DNA from: an uncultured delta proteobacterium
GTDB lineage: Bacteria; Bdellovibrionota; FAC87; UBA2466
DNA: 64,000 bases
Direction: 5' to 3'
Assembly: GCA_963778115.1 (NCBI GenBank)
Contig: CAVZSV010000005.1
Coordinates: 416,001-480,000, forward strand
Shown piece by piece: positions 49,042-58,474 of the stretch. The notes under the pieces were generated by a model. That model was not told the DNA's origin. It saw nothing but the letters and a program-made list of their open reading frames with translations, and ran no database searches. The position numbers and the translations under genes are program-made. Position 1 is the first letter of the stretch, and each line of letters starts with the position of its first letter.

Positions 49042-50905
49042 CGGTACGAAAAAAAGCGGCCTCATCCGCTGGAAGGGCTTCTACGGTTTGGGAATCCTAT
49101 TGGGCATGGGCCTATTCTATTTCTGCTTTCTCTTCGATTACCATCTCAAATCTAAAATCGAAAATATTGGAAGCAGCCTTAACCAAGCCCAAGTAGAGAT
49201 TGGGTCGCTCAAATCCCGCTTTTTTCGGGGTGAGATGGAGCTGTCGGACTTTAGAGTCGCTAATCAACAAGATCCCTCCAGAGATCTCTTTAAGATCGAT
49301 CGGATTCGAATCAAGTTTCGGGTGGAACCCTTATTTCGCAAAAAGCTAATTATCGACGATATGGCGATAACTGGGGTTCATTATGACATAGAGAGAAATG
49401 TCTCGGGTAGCATTACGGAACAAGAACTAACGGGACGCCAAGGCCTTATTGAGCGTGTCGCTTCGGGATTTTATACCGAGCTTCGCAACGACATGGGGGA
49501 GAATCCGCTCAGAAATTTAGGACAGCTTCTGACTGGATTCGATATTTCAAGCCGAGTGGAAAACAGCCTTGCCCAGCTTGAGTCGCAGAAAAAAGTGCAC
49601 GAAATTAAACAGAATCTAGATCTCGTCGAGGCTTCATGGGAACAAGGGGTGCAAAAGCTACCGCCCCTTCCCCAAATTATCCAAGCGCACGACAAAATTG
49701 CGCTTCTCGCAGGGAGATCTCCCGCTGGCTCTGAAGGTTTGAGTGAGTTGATACAAATTAAGACTTCTCTTGAAGGGCAAAAGATCTCGGCCACTCAAGC
49801 TTGGGGCCATATGAACGAGCAAGCGAAGAGTGTCGAAGCCGATTTCGGCGCGATCAATCCTCTCATCGACAAAGACGTCGCGACGCTAGAGAAACGTTTG
49901 AAACTTCCCAGACTCGATTTCGCGGATTTAACCCCAATGCTACTAGGATCGACACTCTTGACCTATCTGGAGAGGCTTACCTATTGGGTCGACCTCTCTC
50001 GCCGCAGGATGCCCAAGGGTTCCCGAGACAACTCGCTAGTGTTACAAGAACGCGCCCGAGGGGTTACCGTGCACTTTGGAAAGATGGCTGCTTACCCGGC
50101 CTTTTTGCTTTACCACGCTTCCGTGAAATCAGAGATACAGAGCCAAGATCCCAGCCAGGGAAAAGTAGAGGGGTTGATTGAAGGGCTCACCTCAGATCCC
50201 CCCATTTACGGGGCTCCCACCAAGTTTCAAATAGCAGCGGAATTTCCCGATCGTGGCATCGAAGGGGTTAAAGTGAGTGGAGAAATCGATCACACGGGAA
50301 GTGTCTCTAAAGAGGAGCTCTTAGTCAGTGCCGACACCTTCCCGTTCGTAAATTATCCCATCAACGACGGAGGAGATGTCTCTCTTCATCTTGCGAAAGC
50401 TAAGGGGCGTATCAGCGCCAAAGTTAATTTCGAAGACAATTCGCTTGTCGCCAATTTAGGAATTCATTTTTCTGAAGCTTCCTATACCACGGTTTCTCGC
50501 TTTAAGCGGATTGAAGAGGTCATAGACAGCAGTGTCTCTGGCCTCGATACGTGGGATTTGCGCAGTTCCGCTTCTGGGCCTTTCGATCATTTGAAATTCC
50601 TAGCCGCCAGTGACTTGGGTGAACACATCGCTTCGTCGCTACACTCGGAATTCCACCATCAGATTGGCGCTATAGAAGATGATCTAAAAAAGAATATTTT
50701 AGACGAGATCTACCCCCAAAAAGAGGCGCTCCTCAGCACATTTGACGGATTGAGGTCAAAGTACCTTGACGCGGCGCACGATCGACTCACCGCCATTCAA
50801 GATCTCATCAGCCTTTCCGATCAGTCTATCGTGCATGGCTCTACCGGCAGAAGTGTTGCCGGAAGGGTTAGGCATCCCGCTTCAAGCGGTTCTACTCATA
50901 ATTAA
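49019..50905 (+). CDS. TIGR03545-like protein (N-terminal TM, AsmA-like beta-rich ends, helical middle)
   Basis: GLIRWKG + TM; AQVEIG...VAN..DP..DLF....I...PLFRKKLIIDDM; paired with the TIGR03546-like gene. Confidence 0.75.
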   Translation: MRQKNPNNGTKKSGLIRWKGFYGLGILLGMGLFYFCFLFDYHLKSKIENIGSSLNQAQVEIGSLKSRFFRGEMELSDFRVANQQDPSRDLFKIDRIRIKFRVEPLFRKKLIIDDMAITGVHYDIERNVSGSITEQELTGRQGLIERVASGFYTELRNDMGENPLRNLGQLLTGFDISSRVENSLAQLESQKKVHEIKQNLDLVEASWEQGVQKLPPLPQIIQAHDKIALLAGRSPAGSEGLSELIQIKTSLEGQKISATQAWGHMNEQAKSVEADFGAINPLIDKDVATLEKRLKLPRLDFADLTPMLLGSTLLTYLERLTYWVDLSRRRMPKGSRDNSLVLQERARGVTVHFGKMAAYPAFLLYHASVKSEIQSQDPSQGKVEGLIEGLTSDPPIYGAPTKFQIAAEFPDRGIEGVKVSGEIDHTGSVSKEELLVSADTFPFVNYPINDGGDVSLHLAKAKGRISAKVNFEDNSLVANLGIHFSEASYTTVSRFKRIEEVIDSSVSGLDTWDLRSSASGPFDHLKFLAASDLGEHIASSLHSEFHHQIGAIEDDLKKNILDEIYPQKEALLSTFDGLRSKYLDAAHDRLTAIQDLISLSDQSIVHGSTGRSVAGRVRHPASSGSTHN

Positions 50906-50927
50906 CTTTGGTTTTGAGACCTTTTTT

Positions 50928-51590
50928 ATGCCAAGCCCTTTTGTTCATTCTGTGCTGCCCTCGTCGTGCCTTGCCATAGCCAAGAAATCCCTGGGAGATA
51001 TCGGAAAGAAAGAATGGCACCGCCTGCTTGCGGCCTCAGTGGTACTGGCGAACTTCCCTGATTTGGATATTTTTGTTTCTTTGGCAATCCCTCCTCATAA
51101 CATGAGGCTTTTGCATCGAAGTTTGGGACACAACCTTTTCGCCGCTATAGGATTCACGCTAGTTGGCGGGCTCATCATTCGCAAATGGGCTGCCCCCTCT
51201 GTGGCAAAGAAAAAAGCGTGGTTAATAGCGACCGCTCTGGTCTTTAGCCATCTTTTTCTCGATAGTCTGGGAGATAGAGATCCAATGACCCATTTGCGTG
51301 CGGGAATTCCTCTTTTTTGGCCGTTCTCCTCAAGATCTTACCATCTCCCTTTTTCCATGTTCGGAACTTACGAGCTGGATTCCTCCAGCAATCAGGTCAT
51401 GGCACTGTTGCGATCCACCAGCTTTTGGAAAAATATGTTCACCCGGGAATTGGCAGGCACTGTGATTTTTCTGGTCCTTTGGGCCATTATTTTTAATTTT
51501 CCGAACTTATCTCAGTGGAAAAAGAAAGGGACGGTGGAAGTCCCGTCCCCTCAAACTGACCCTACTCCCGACGAAGCGGAAGTCGCCTAA
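50928..51590 (+). CDS. Membrane-bound metal-dependent hydrolase (YdjM-like)
   Basis: MPSPFVH, ANFPDLD, HRSLGHN, SHLFLD and GIPLFWPFS motifs. Confidence 0.8.
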   Translation: MPSPFVHSVLPSSCLAIAKKSLGDIGKKEWHRLLAASVVLANFPDLDIFVSLAIPPHNMRLLHRSLGHNLFAAIGFTLVGGLIIRKWAAPSVAKKKAWLIATALVFSHLFLDSLGDRDPMTHLRAGIPLFWPFSSRSYHLPFSMFGTYELDSSSNQVMALLRSTSFWKNMFTRELAGTVIFLVLWAIIFNFPNLSQWKKKGTVEVPSPQTDPTPDEAEVA

Positions 51591-51593
51591 TCG

Positions 51594-53252
51594 CTACTGA
51601 AACATTCTGGGAAACTTCATTCCCTGCAATACTATCTTCGCCGAAATATATCCAGGAGCTCCCATAACTCCGCCGCCCGGGTGGCAACCCGAGCCGCACA
51701 TGTAGAAATTATTGATGGGAGTGCGGAAGTTAGCGTACTTCGGCATCGGACGCATAAAGAACATCTGATCCAGAGTCATTTCACCGTGGAAGATGTTTCC
51801 GCCGGTCAGCCCAAATTCGCGTTCTAGATCCACGGGGCTTAACACCTGAAAATCGTCCACCAAGGATTCGAAGTTCGGCGCATATTCGCCTACGATTGAA
51901 AACACTCGTTTTGCGAATTCTCGATTGGATTCGTCATTCCACTGTTTGCCGTCCTTACGATCGTAAGGCGCATACTGAATGAACATGGACATCAGATGTT
52001 TTCCGGGAGGCGCCACACTGGGATCGCACACACTGGGAATAGTCATCTCGATAACCGGATTGTGGGAAGGCTTTCCGTGTTTAGCATCTTCGAAGGCATC
52101 TTCCATGTAGGCCATCGTGGGAGCGATATGAATGGTGCCTCGATGCTGCGGACCCGCTTCGGTCCCCGGAAGTGCCGTAAAGCTGGGAAGCCCGTTAAGA
52201 GCGACGTTGATCTTAATGACCCCGCTTCGCATCCGAATGCCTTTGATCCCATCGACAAAATCCGATTCCAGATTCTTCTCTCCGACCATTCCTAAAAAGG
52301 TGCGGTGCGGATCTAAGTTGGAAATGACCCGCTTGGCATAAAATTCACGACCATCTTTGAGAGCAACACCCGTAGCGGTTCCCTCTTTTAGGATAATCTT
52401 ATCCACTTCGGCATTGGTCAGAATATGACCGCCGTGTCCTTGCAACGACTTGGCAATCGCCTGCGTGACGGTCCCCATGCCTCCTTTGACATAGCCCCAC
52501 ACGCCGGGTTTGCCTTCAGTCTCCCCCATCACATGGTGGAAAAGAACATAAGCCGTGCCTGGGCTATAAGGTCCCGCCCAAGCGCCAATCACTCCGTCGG
52601 TGGCCATACGAACTTTCAGCTCTTCGGATTCAAACCACAAATCCAAGTAGTCGGCGACACTCATGGAAAAGACCCGAAGCTGCTCGTACATGTCGCTTCC
52701 GATCCCTTTAAGCCTCATCAGAAGCTTAAGTGAGCCCAAAATATTTCGGGGACTCATGCTAGTGGGGTCTGGAGGAACGCTCATGAGCAGAGGCTGAACA
52801 AATTGCGACAGCTCTTCTAACTTACGCTCAAAGAGAGGATAGCGCTCGGCATCTTTCTTGGAGAACTTGGCGATCTCTTCACAAGTCTTTTTCTGATCTC
52901 GCCAGAACATTAAATATTTATTTCCAGGATAGGGCGAAAACGAAGACGGGTTTCGCTCTATGATCTCGTAACCAAACTTCTTAAGCTCAAGGTCTTTAAT
53001 AATTTCGGGTCTAAGCAAGCTACAAACGTAACTTGTGGTGGAGACCCGATATCCCGGGAAGGCCTCTTCCGTAACGCATGCTCCTCCCACAATATGCCGG
53101 CGTTCCAGCACAAGGGTCGAAAGGCCCGCCTTCTGCAGATACGCTGCTGTGACGAGGCCATTATGGCCGCCGCCTACGATGATCGCATCATACTTAGTTT
53201 TGGTACTGCCGCTGGAGCCATTCTTGGCGCCTTGATAGGTTGCAGAGCCCAT
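51594..53252 (-). CDS. FAD-dependent oxidoreductase, phytoene dehydrogenase/PYROXD2-like
   Basis: IIVGGGHNGL, GGACVTEE, GGMG, GGNIFHG and HPGGGVMGAPG motifs. Confidence 0.9.
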   Translation of the reverse strand: MGSATYQGAKNGSSGSTKTKYDAIIVGGGHNGLVTAAYLQKAGLSTLVLERRHIVGGACVTEEAFPGYRVSTTSYVCSLLRPEIIKDLELKKFGYEIIERNPSSFSPYPGNKYLMFWRDQKKTCEEIAKFSKKDAERYPLFERKLEELSQFVQPLLMSVPPDPTSMSPRNILGSLKLLMRLKGIGSDMYEQLRVFSMSVADYLDLWFESEELKVRMATDGVIGAWAGPYSPGTAYVLFHHVMGETEGKPGVWGYVKGGMGTVTQAIAKSLQGHGGHILTNAEVDKIILKEGTATGVALKDGREFYAKRVISNLDPHRTFLGMVGEKNLESDFVDGIKGIRMRSGVIKINVALNGLPSFTALPGTEAGPQHRGTIHIAPTMAYMEDAFEDAKHGKPSHNPVIEMTIPSVCDPSVAPPGKHLMSMFIQYAPYDRKDGKQWNDESNREFAKRVFSIVGEYAPNFESLVDDFQVLSPVDLEREFGLTGGNIFHGEMTLDQMFFMRPMPKYANFRTPINNFYMCGSGCHPGGGVMGAPGYISAKIVLQGMKFPRMFQ

Positions 53253-53336
53253 TTAAAAACCCCCTGAAAAGTAGGACAAGATACTTTTCTTATCTTGAAA
53301 TCAGGGGCTCTGCAAGTTCTGCTTGCGTAGTTGTGA

Positions 53337-55163
53337 TTAAGCCTTGCGCCGTAGGTGGCGAAGCAAGACCAGGTCTTTGCGGTGTTTGGCAAAATCCAAG
53401 GCCGCTTCTAATTCTTCTGGATCTTGAAAGTAGTCCTGCGGAATCTGAAGCAAAGTCTCCGAAGCCTCTATATGTCGACCGGAATCACGTTCGAGCGTGA
53501 AACGGTAGTAATTGAGCCATTGAGGTTGCGGAGCCGCATCAATGCCTTTCACCAAAGCCAGGGCCCGATCTTTTTCACCCACCGCGTTGAAGCAAAGACT
53601 TAAGTGGTAGCTAATGGCACTATCGTGACGATTAAGTTCATGCGCCCGTTCCGCGTGCTTAAGCGCCAAGGAGAATAGGGAGTTCTCAAAGCAGAACATA
53701 CTGATGTAATAATCTACTTTCAGCGCCCACCCCTGCTGCTTGCGCAGAATGTTGTAATAGAGATCGGCCTTGCGCGTATCCCCTCGCAGCAGATAGGAAT
53801 CACCCGCCACATAAAGACTTGCCGGCAAAAGTTCGGTGCGTTGGAGTAATCGTTCCACGACGTGGTCGTGGCTCTGGGGAGTACCGGCCTTGGCATGACA
53901 GAAGACTAGATTTAATGCCGCCGAGCGCAGTTTAGGATTAATCTTAATGGCTTTTTCGTAACACGCTTTGGCCTCATTGATATGCCCTTGGGCGTAGGAA
54001 AGATTCCCTTCGATGACGTAGAGATAATCTCGGGAAAACCCCTCGCTCTCTCGCTTCCAGTAAAGCTCCCAGGCATCTCTCTCATCGTAAATTTTACTCT
54101 TCACCCGAGTTAGCGTCTCCATCACCCCTTGAAAAACCGAATCGTAATAGCCTTCTTGATCTTTCCATAGAGCCAGGACCTTTTCAACGAGAAGTTCCTT
54201 AAAAAGAAACCCCTCCTGAGCCAATTCGCTGACTACTTCAAATTGAGCAAAAAACTGGCTATCTACTTCCAGAAATCCCGCCCGTTCGGGATTAGAAAAA
54301 CAAAGATGGTACAGATAACGAATCGTAGATTCGAAATCGTTTAAGATCCCTTCATCCTGGCCCACGAACCATTTGACCTCGCTCATCCAATAAAGGGTAG
54401 AACAAAGCTCTTCGTCCAACTCCGTCTCTTCCGTTAATAAGCTTTGGGAGATTGTCCGGGCGGCATCCATATTTCCCGTATTAAGAAGATTCACGATCAG
54501 AAAAGGGACTCCAAAATCTCTTTGCATGGTGTCGGTGAGCCCTTCGAGGACTGCTCGGGCAGTCACCGTATCAAACTCTTTTCGAAAGATTCGCTCGAAG
54601 AGGTGCCGAGCCTGATCGCTTAGGTCGGGGTATTCACCCACGGCGACTTCATAGAGTTTCCAATAGAGGTCTCCCACAAAAAGAGAGGCTTCCGTGATAT
54701 CTGCGACTGAAACCTTACCTAAATCCACTTTCGCCGCCGGAGCTTCGGATTCTCGAAGAGCAAAAGCAAGCGCTCGCCTTAATGCTCTTTTTCCCGATAC
54801 GGGAGCACCATAGATGAGACTTCGAAGTACGATGAGATCTTTCAAACGCTCTAGCCATCTCAGTTCGAAACTCGTGAGCGTGTTCTCCCGGCGAAGTTCG
54901 GCAATTTGACTTTCTAAAGTATGTTCGGAGACGGTGTCGTACTTTCCGTACAGGTCTAAGATACCCGCCAACGAATGTACTCTGACTTGGCTGCGAGAAA
55001 ACCAGCTCCAGCTCAATCCTAACTTCACGGTTAGATATTCCAGGCATAGCCACGCCAGAAAGGCACTCACCACAAAGTAGTGTTTAAAATAAAGTCCAAA
55101 GCCTACCGTCCCCACGACCAGGGAAAGAAGAAACAAATTAACAAAAACTTTTTTTCTCTCCAT
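53337..55163 (-). CDS. Membrane-anchored TPR protein
   Basis: Two N-terminal TM helices from ATG 55163; C-terminal TPRs (EAKACYEKAIKINP). Confidence 0.75.
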   Translation of the reverse strand: MERKKVFVNLFLLSLVVGTVGFGLYFKHYFVVSAFLAWLCLEYLTVKLGLSWSWFSRSQVRVHSLAGILDLYGKYDTVSEHTLESQIAELRRENTLTSFELRWLERLKDLIVLRSLIYGAPVSGKRALRRALAFALRESEAPAAKVDLGKVSVADITEASLFVGDLYWKLYEVAVGEYPDLSDQARHLFERIFRKEFDTVTARAVLEGLTDTMQRDFGVPFLIVNLLNTGNMDAARTISQSLLTEETELDEELCSTLYWMSEVKWFVGQDEGILNDFESTIRYLYHLCFSNPERAGFLEVDSQFFAQFEVVSELAQEGFLFKELLVEKVLALWKDQEGYYDSVFQGVMETLTRVKSKIYDERDAWELYWKRESEGFSRDYLYVIEGNLSYAQGHINEAKACYEKAIKINPKLRSAALNLVFCHAKAGTPQSHDHVVERLLQRTELLPASLYVAGDSYLLRGDTRKADLYYNILRKQQGWALKVDYYISMFCFENSLFSLALKHAERAHELNRHDSAISYHLSLCFNAVGEKDRALALVKGIDAAPQPQWLNYYRFTLERDSGRHIEASETLLQIPQDYFQDPEELEAALDFAKHRKDLVLLRHLRRKA

Positions 55164-55231
55164 CACACGCACCACTCGAACGAAACCACATCCCAAGCCT
55201 CGCTGCACAAAGCTCCCCAAGACAGCCAAGG

Positions 55232-55247
55232 AGCAACGGGGATGCCA
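55232..55247 (-). promoter_or_regulatory. sigma54 (-24/-12) promoter
   Basis: TGGCAT-CCCCG-TTGCT on the minus strand, upstream of the TPR gene. Confidence 0.65.
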
Positions 55248-55495
55248 TTTCGAGGGTAAATGCGCTCCAACTCGCGCCCAGGAAGGGCACTTAGCGAAAC
55301 CCTATTTATCTTGGCATTTCAAGTTACTTACTAGCGATCCCTGAACACGCCTCGTATCCGACCAGAATTCAGTCAGATATTACGCCAATGCGGTGACAAA
55401 ATTAGTAGGCTAGCGGCTATCAGTTGTAGAAGGGGTAGGCATCAGGGACTAAAGGTATCCGTTACATCGAGTCCACCGTGCCCAAACGAAACCCT

Positions 55496-55783
55496 CTATT
55501 TGTGCTTAGAACTTTTCTTTGGTGGCACAGCCCAGGTTTGGACATTGCTGTGAATATCCACGAGTGCTGTCACGGTTTGGCCGGGGCGTAAGTTTTTGGA
55601 CTCGATCGAACTTCGAGGAACTTTCATCATCGTGACCTTATTTTGCAAGGTAACGGAATTCTCGTCGAGAGCAACAATGGTTCCTTCAAGATTAAGAACC
55701 ACACTCCCAGAAGCTACCAGACTAAAGACCACGACCATCAAACATAAAATTCGTACCGCGCGCTTCATCACTGTCTCCCTCAC
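55496..55783 (-). CDS. Small exported beta-rich (OB-fold-like) protein
   Basis: Signal peptide; LEGTIVALDENSVTL...KVPRS....LRPGQTV; GTGA overlap with the upstream gene (start may be ATG 55768). Confidence 0.65.
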   Translation of the reverse strand: MRETVMKRAVRILCLMVVVFSLVASGSVVLNLEGTIVALDENSVTLQNKVTMMKVPRSSIESKNLRPGQTVTALVDIHSNVQTWAVPPKKSSKHK

Positions 55784-56286
55784 GAAGGACCATGCGAATT
55801 AAGAATGACGTTAACACCTTCGGGAACGCATTCGGGTCCATGAAGTCTCGAAGCACAGTTGGTGTCGCAGACTAGGTCGTAACCCGTGGGGCAGCTTCCG
55901 TTGGAGGGAGATTGAAAATTCTCCCTGACTACCGGCGTTGGTGTTGACGGTGGAGACTGGGAATCTCGCCATTTATAAGCTTCGTTATCGCTCAAAAATT
56001 CCTGTCTATCGTCATCAACACAAGCTTGCATGTCGGGTTTCATGAGCGAAGGCCCTTCAGCACGGCAGGTGACGACACTTCCGCCCAAGTACTGGCCAGT
56101 CGCTGACGAATAGCAACTTAAAGGAGCTGTCCAAAACATGGTATTGCCACAACCCTGGGGGGCTCTGTCTCGCATCAGAAACAAAGGGGCTATATTATCG
56201 CAGACGACTCCGGGGCTAATGGTCACTTGATCCGCACAAATGGGAGTGGAAAAAAAGAGAAGAAAGACAGGTATCAACTTCCGCAT
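55780..56286 (-). CDS. Secreted Cys-rich hypothetical protein
   Basis: GGAGG RBS; signal peptide; 10 Cys in 168 aa. Confidence 0.7.
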   Translation of the reverse strand: MRKLIPVFLLFFSTPICADQVTISPGVVCDNIAPLFLMRDRAPQGCGNTMFWTAPLSCYSSATGQYLGGSVVTCRAEGPSLMKPDMQACVDDDRQEFLSDNEAYKWRDSQSPPSTPTPVVRENFQSPSNGSCPTGYDLVCDTNCASRLHGPECVPEGVNVILNSHGPS

Positions 56287-56316
56287 ACATCCTCCGCAGC
56301 TATGTATGCTAGCAAG

Positions 56317-56332
56317 AGCAAATTTGGTGCCT
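56317..56332 (-). promoter_or_regulatory. sigma54 (-24/-12) promoter
   Basis: AGGCAC-CAAAT-TTGCT on the minus strand, 31 bp upstream of ATG 56286. Confidence 0.6.
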
Positions 56333-56428
56333 TTAGCGTACAGGCTAAGGAAGGGGATTAGACTTGGGGAATGCGGCTAGTAGGATTGCGGGATGATCAG
56401 AAGTTTGCCGAAAATGCCCCTCTTTCTC

Positions 56429-56593
56429 TTAAAAGTTTGCGATTAAACAATACCGATAGTTTAGGTAGCCCACCTTTTGGAGAATTTTACGTTTGAAGTA
56501 CTCCATGTCTTTGTAGCCATAGGCCTGCCATTTAAGGCCCTTGATGGCGCGGTTAATACCCTCTGAAAGGCCTGTGGTGACAGGGAAGCGGAA
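56429..56593 (-). pseudogene. ISL3-family transposase C-terminal remnant
   Basis: Manual translation FRFPVTTGLSEGINRAIKGLKWQAYGYKDMEYFKRKILQKVGYL matches the ISL3 T.G..EG.N..IK..K..AYG....YF..KI pattern; no upstream start for this segment. Confidence 0.8.
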
Positions 56594-56619
56594 GTCGCTT
56601 CCCCTCGTAAAGTGGATGG

Positions 56620-57498
56620 TTAGTTAAGCAACTGACCTTGTTCCGGTCTGTTCTTCCCCCGGCATTGGTCCATCCAAGCTTTCCCAAAAAACTTATCCGC
56701 CTCCAGCTGATTATGCGTACTACACAGCCACCTCACATTCCTCGATTCATGTTTACCTCCCATAGCCCAGGGAATGATGTGGTCAGTCTCGGGAAAGCGT
56801 TTTTCCCCACACCAAACCCCTGAGGGCGACACGTAACAGCACCCCTCGTATTTTTCTTTGACCTCGTTTTTGATTGCCTGGGGAAGATGGCGGCTCTGTG
56901 GTGAAGAAGAGGTTTGCTTTGTGTGTCTAGCTTTTTTGGGAGCATGTTTTTGAAGAAGCGCATCCAGCGCGTCATTGAAGATGTCTTCTAGTCTGGCCTT
57001 GGGGTGCTTGTGAGAGAGGATAGCCTTAGCTTTTTCTACTTTCTCAGCAAAGGCTTTGGACGCACTAAACGTAATGTTCACCTGGTCGATATTGATAGGC
57101 GAGATACGGCTATGAACACTGTCTTCTACCGCAGCCTTGGGATAATACTTCACAATGATTTCTTTGATTTTACTGACCGACTTTCCCGAACACTCTTCTA
57201 AAAACCTCTGGTTATTACTTTGATTTAAATGCGGAGCTAGCACGGAGAGTGCGGTTATCGAAGTTTTGTTATTCTCAAGATACCAATAAATCCTAGGGTA
57301 CTTAATGGCACACCTTGCGACTTGAATGCGCTTCAGAGCGGTCGGCTCTGAATATCCCATCTCCTTCACTAAAAACCCACCCAAAGAAGAATACCCTTCT
57401 ACCGCAAAAATCTTTCGCTGCTCTATTACGGCTAGGTACGCTAATACCTGCGCTTGAATCTTTCTTTCGGCTTTTACTGACCTACGGAATCGGCTCAC
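56620..57498 (-). CDS. HNH endonuclease-domain protein (DUF222-like N-terminus); possibly frameshifted at the 5' end
   Basis: N-terminal ER...VL.YL..IE.RK.F...GYSSL..F....GYSE..A..RI..AR; C-terminal C..VSP.G..C......DHIIPWAMGG.....NVRWLC..HN. Confidence 0.8.
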   Translation of the reverse strand: MSRFRRSVKAERKIQAQVLAYLAVIEQRKIFAVEGYSSLGGFLVKEMGYSEPTALKRIQVARCAIKYPRIYWYLENNKTSITALSVLAPHLNQSNNQRFLEECSGKSVSKIKEIIVKYYPKAAVEDSVHSRISPINIDQVNITFSASKAFAEKVEKAKAILSHKHPKARLEDIFNDALDALLQKHAPKKARHTKQTSSSPQSRHLPQAIKNEVKEKYEGCCYVSPSGVWCGEKRFPETDHIIPWAMGGKHESRNVRWLCSTHNQLEADKFFGKAWMDQCRGKNRPEQGQLLN

Positions 57499-57787
57499 TA
57501 ATTCACTATTGTTTAAAGAAAGCGCTATGAAATCTTGTCTCCACCTACAAACCTCCGTGTTGTTCTATTTCTACCACGGGTTTTTGGAGTGACTTTTTTT
57601 GCGGTATTTACGTCACTGCAACATGATTCGAATCATGTGAGGAGCCCAGGTGATTACCCAAAAAACAATCTCGTAGCGTCGAAGGAAACGAAGAGGAGCG
57701 TGGTTTATTTACCAGCGGACAAGTCATGACTCCCATAACCCGATTCTTTGCTGAATCGTGTCAATCATAATTTATCCAACGCATCCT

Positions 57788-58193
57788 GTTTTTTTTCTCT
57801 TTCTTCTCGGATTTTTGGGTTTGGGGGCTTACGGTCCCTTTGGCGTTGGGGTGCGCAAGAGTTGTTTATTCAAGAACGTCTAACCTGTGCCGTCGCTCCG
57901 CTCAGGAAAAGTTTTACCTTCCGACGCTGGTGCTTGGGTGATGACTAGTGCATGGACCTCGTTCTGTAATTTGAGACGGGCCTTCCTAGGAGTCCCTGCT
58001 TTCTTTTGTGCGAGGCCGTTATGAAGACGGAGGAGTGAGAAGATTGTTCTGTCGCTGGCGCTTTCGTTTTTTTTCTCTTTATTTTCGGATCTCGGACCGG
58101 GATTATTTTTTTGCCGTCGCGCGGCGGATAAATTGGTTTTCTTTTTTTGGGTTTGGGGGTTTACGGCCCTTTGGCGTGGGGATGCGCAAGAGT
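57788..58193. repeat. Imperfect direct duplication in a ~0.9-kb non-coding region
   Basis: 57812-57862 vs 58144-58193 match at 47/51 positions; the T-rich prefixes 57788-57812 and 58066-58090 also match. Confidence 0.85.
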
Positions 58194-58474
58194 GGGTTAG
58201 CACCGTTCCATGCCGCCGCCGCACCCTACCTCTGGGTTTCCCTCAACGGTGTTCTCGACCGCAAACGTCATTCGGAAAGAACCCGAAAATGCCCCTGACG
58301 TCCAAGCTCACGCGAGAGCTCACATCCGTATTTGGCCTTACCGAATGCCCTGCATATCCTTGGGGTCCTGGACAAGCACGTCCTTCAGGCCCCGAGTCCG
58401 TCGACAAATCATAACTTTCAGCGAAAGCTTGACCGCTTAGAAAAACAAGAGCCTAGACTAAGGCTAAAAGACTT

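Noticed and set aside
51594..53252. Carotenoid biosynthesis (crtI)
   Set aside because: No crtB/crtE neighbours; motifs fit the broader PYROXD2-like oxidoreductases.
57788..58193. CRISPR or TIGR-like array next to the HNH gene
   Set aside because: Only two copies 332 bp apart; no cas, RuvC or Nop domain. Kept only as an unexplained duplication.
56343..58453. ISL3 terminal inverted repeats (GGCTCTTG at 58453 minus; GGCTAAGG at 56343 plus)
   Set aside because: They agree only in the first four bases, so a complete IS cannot be supported.
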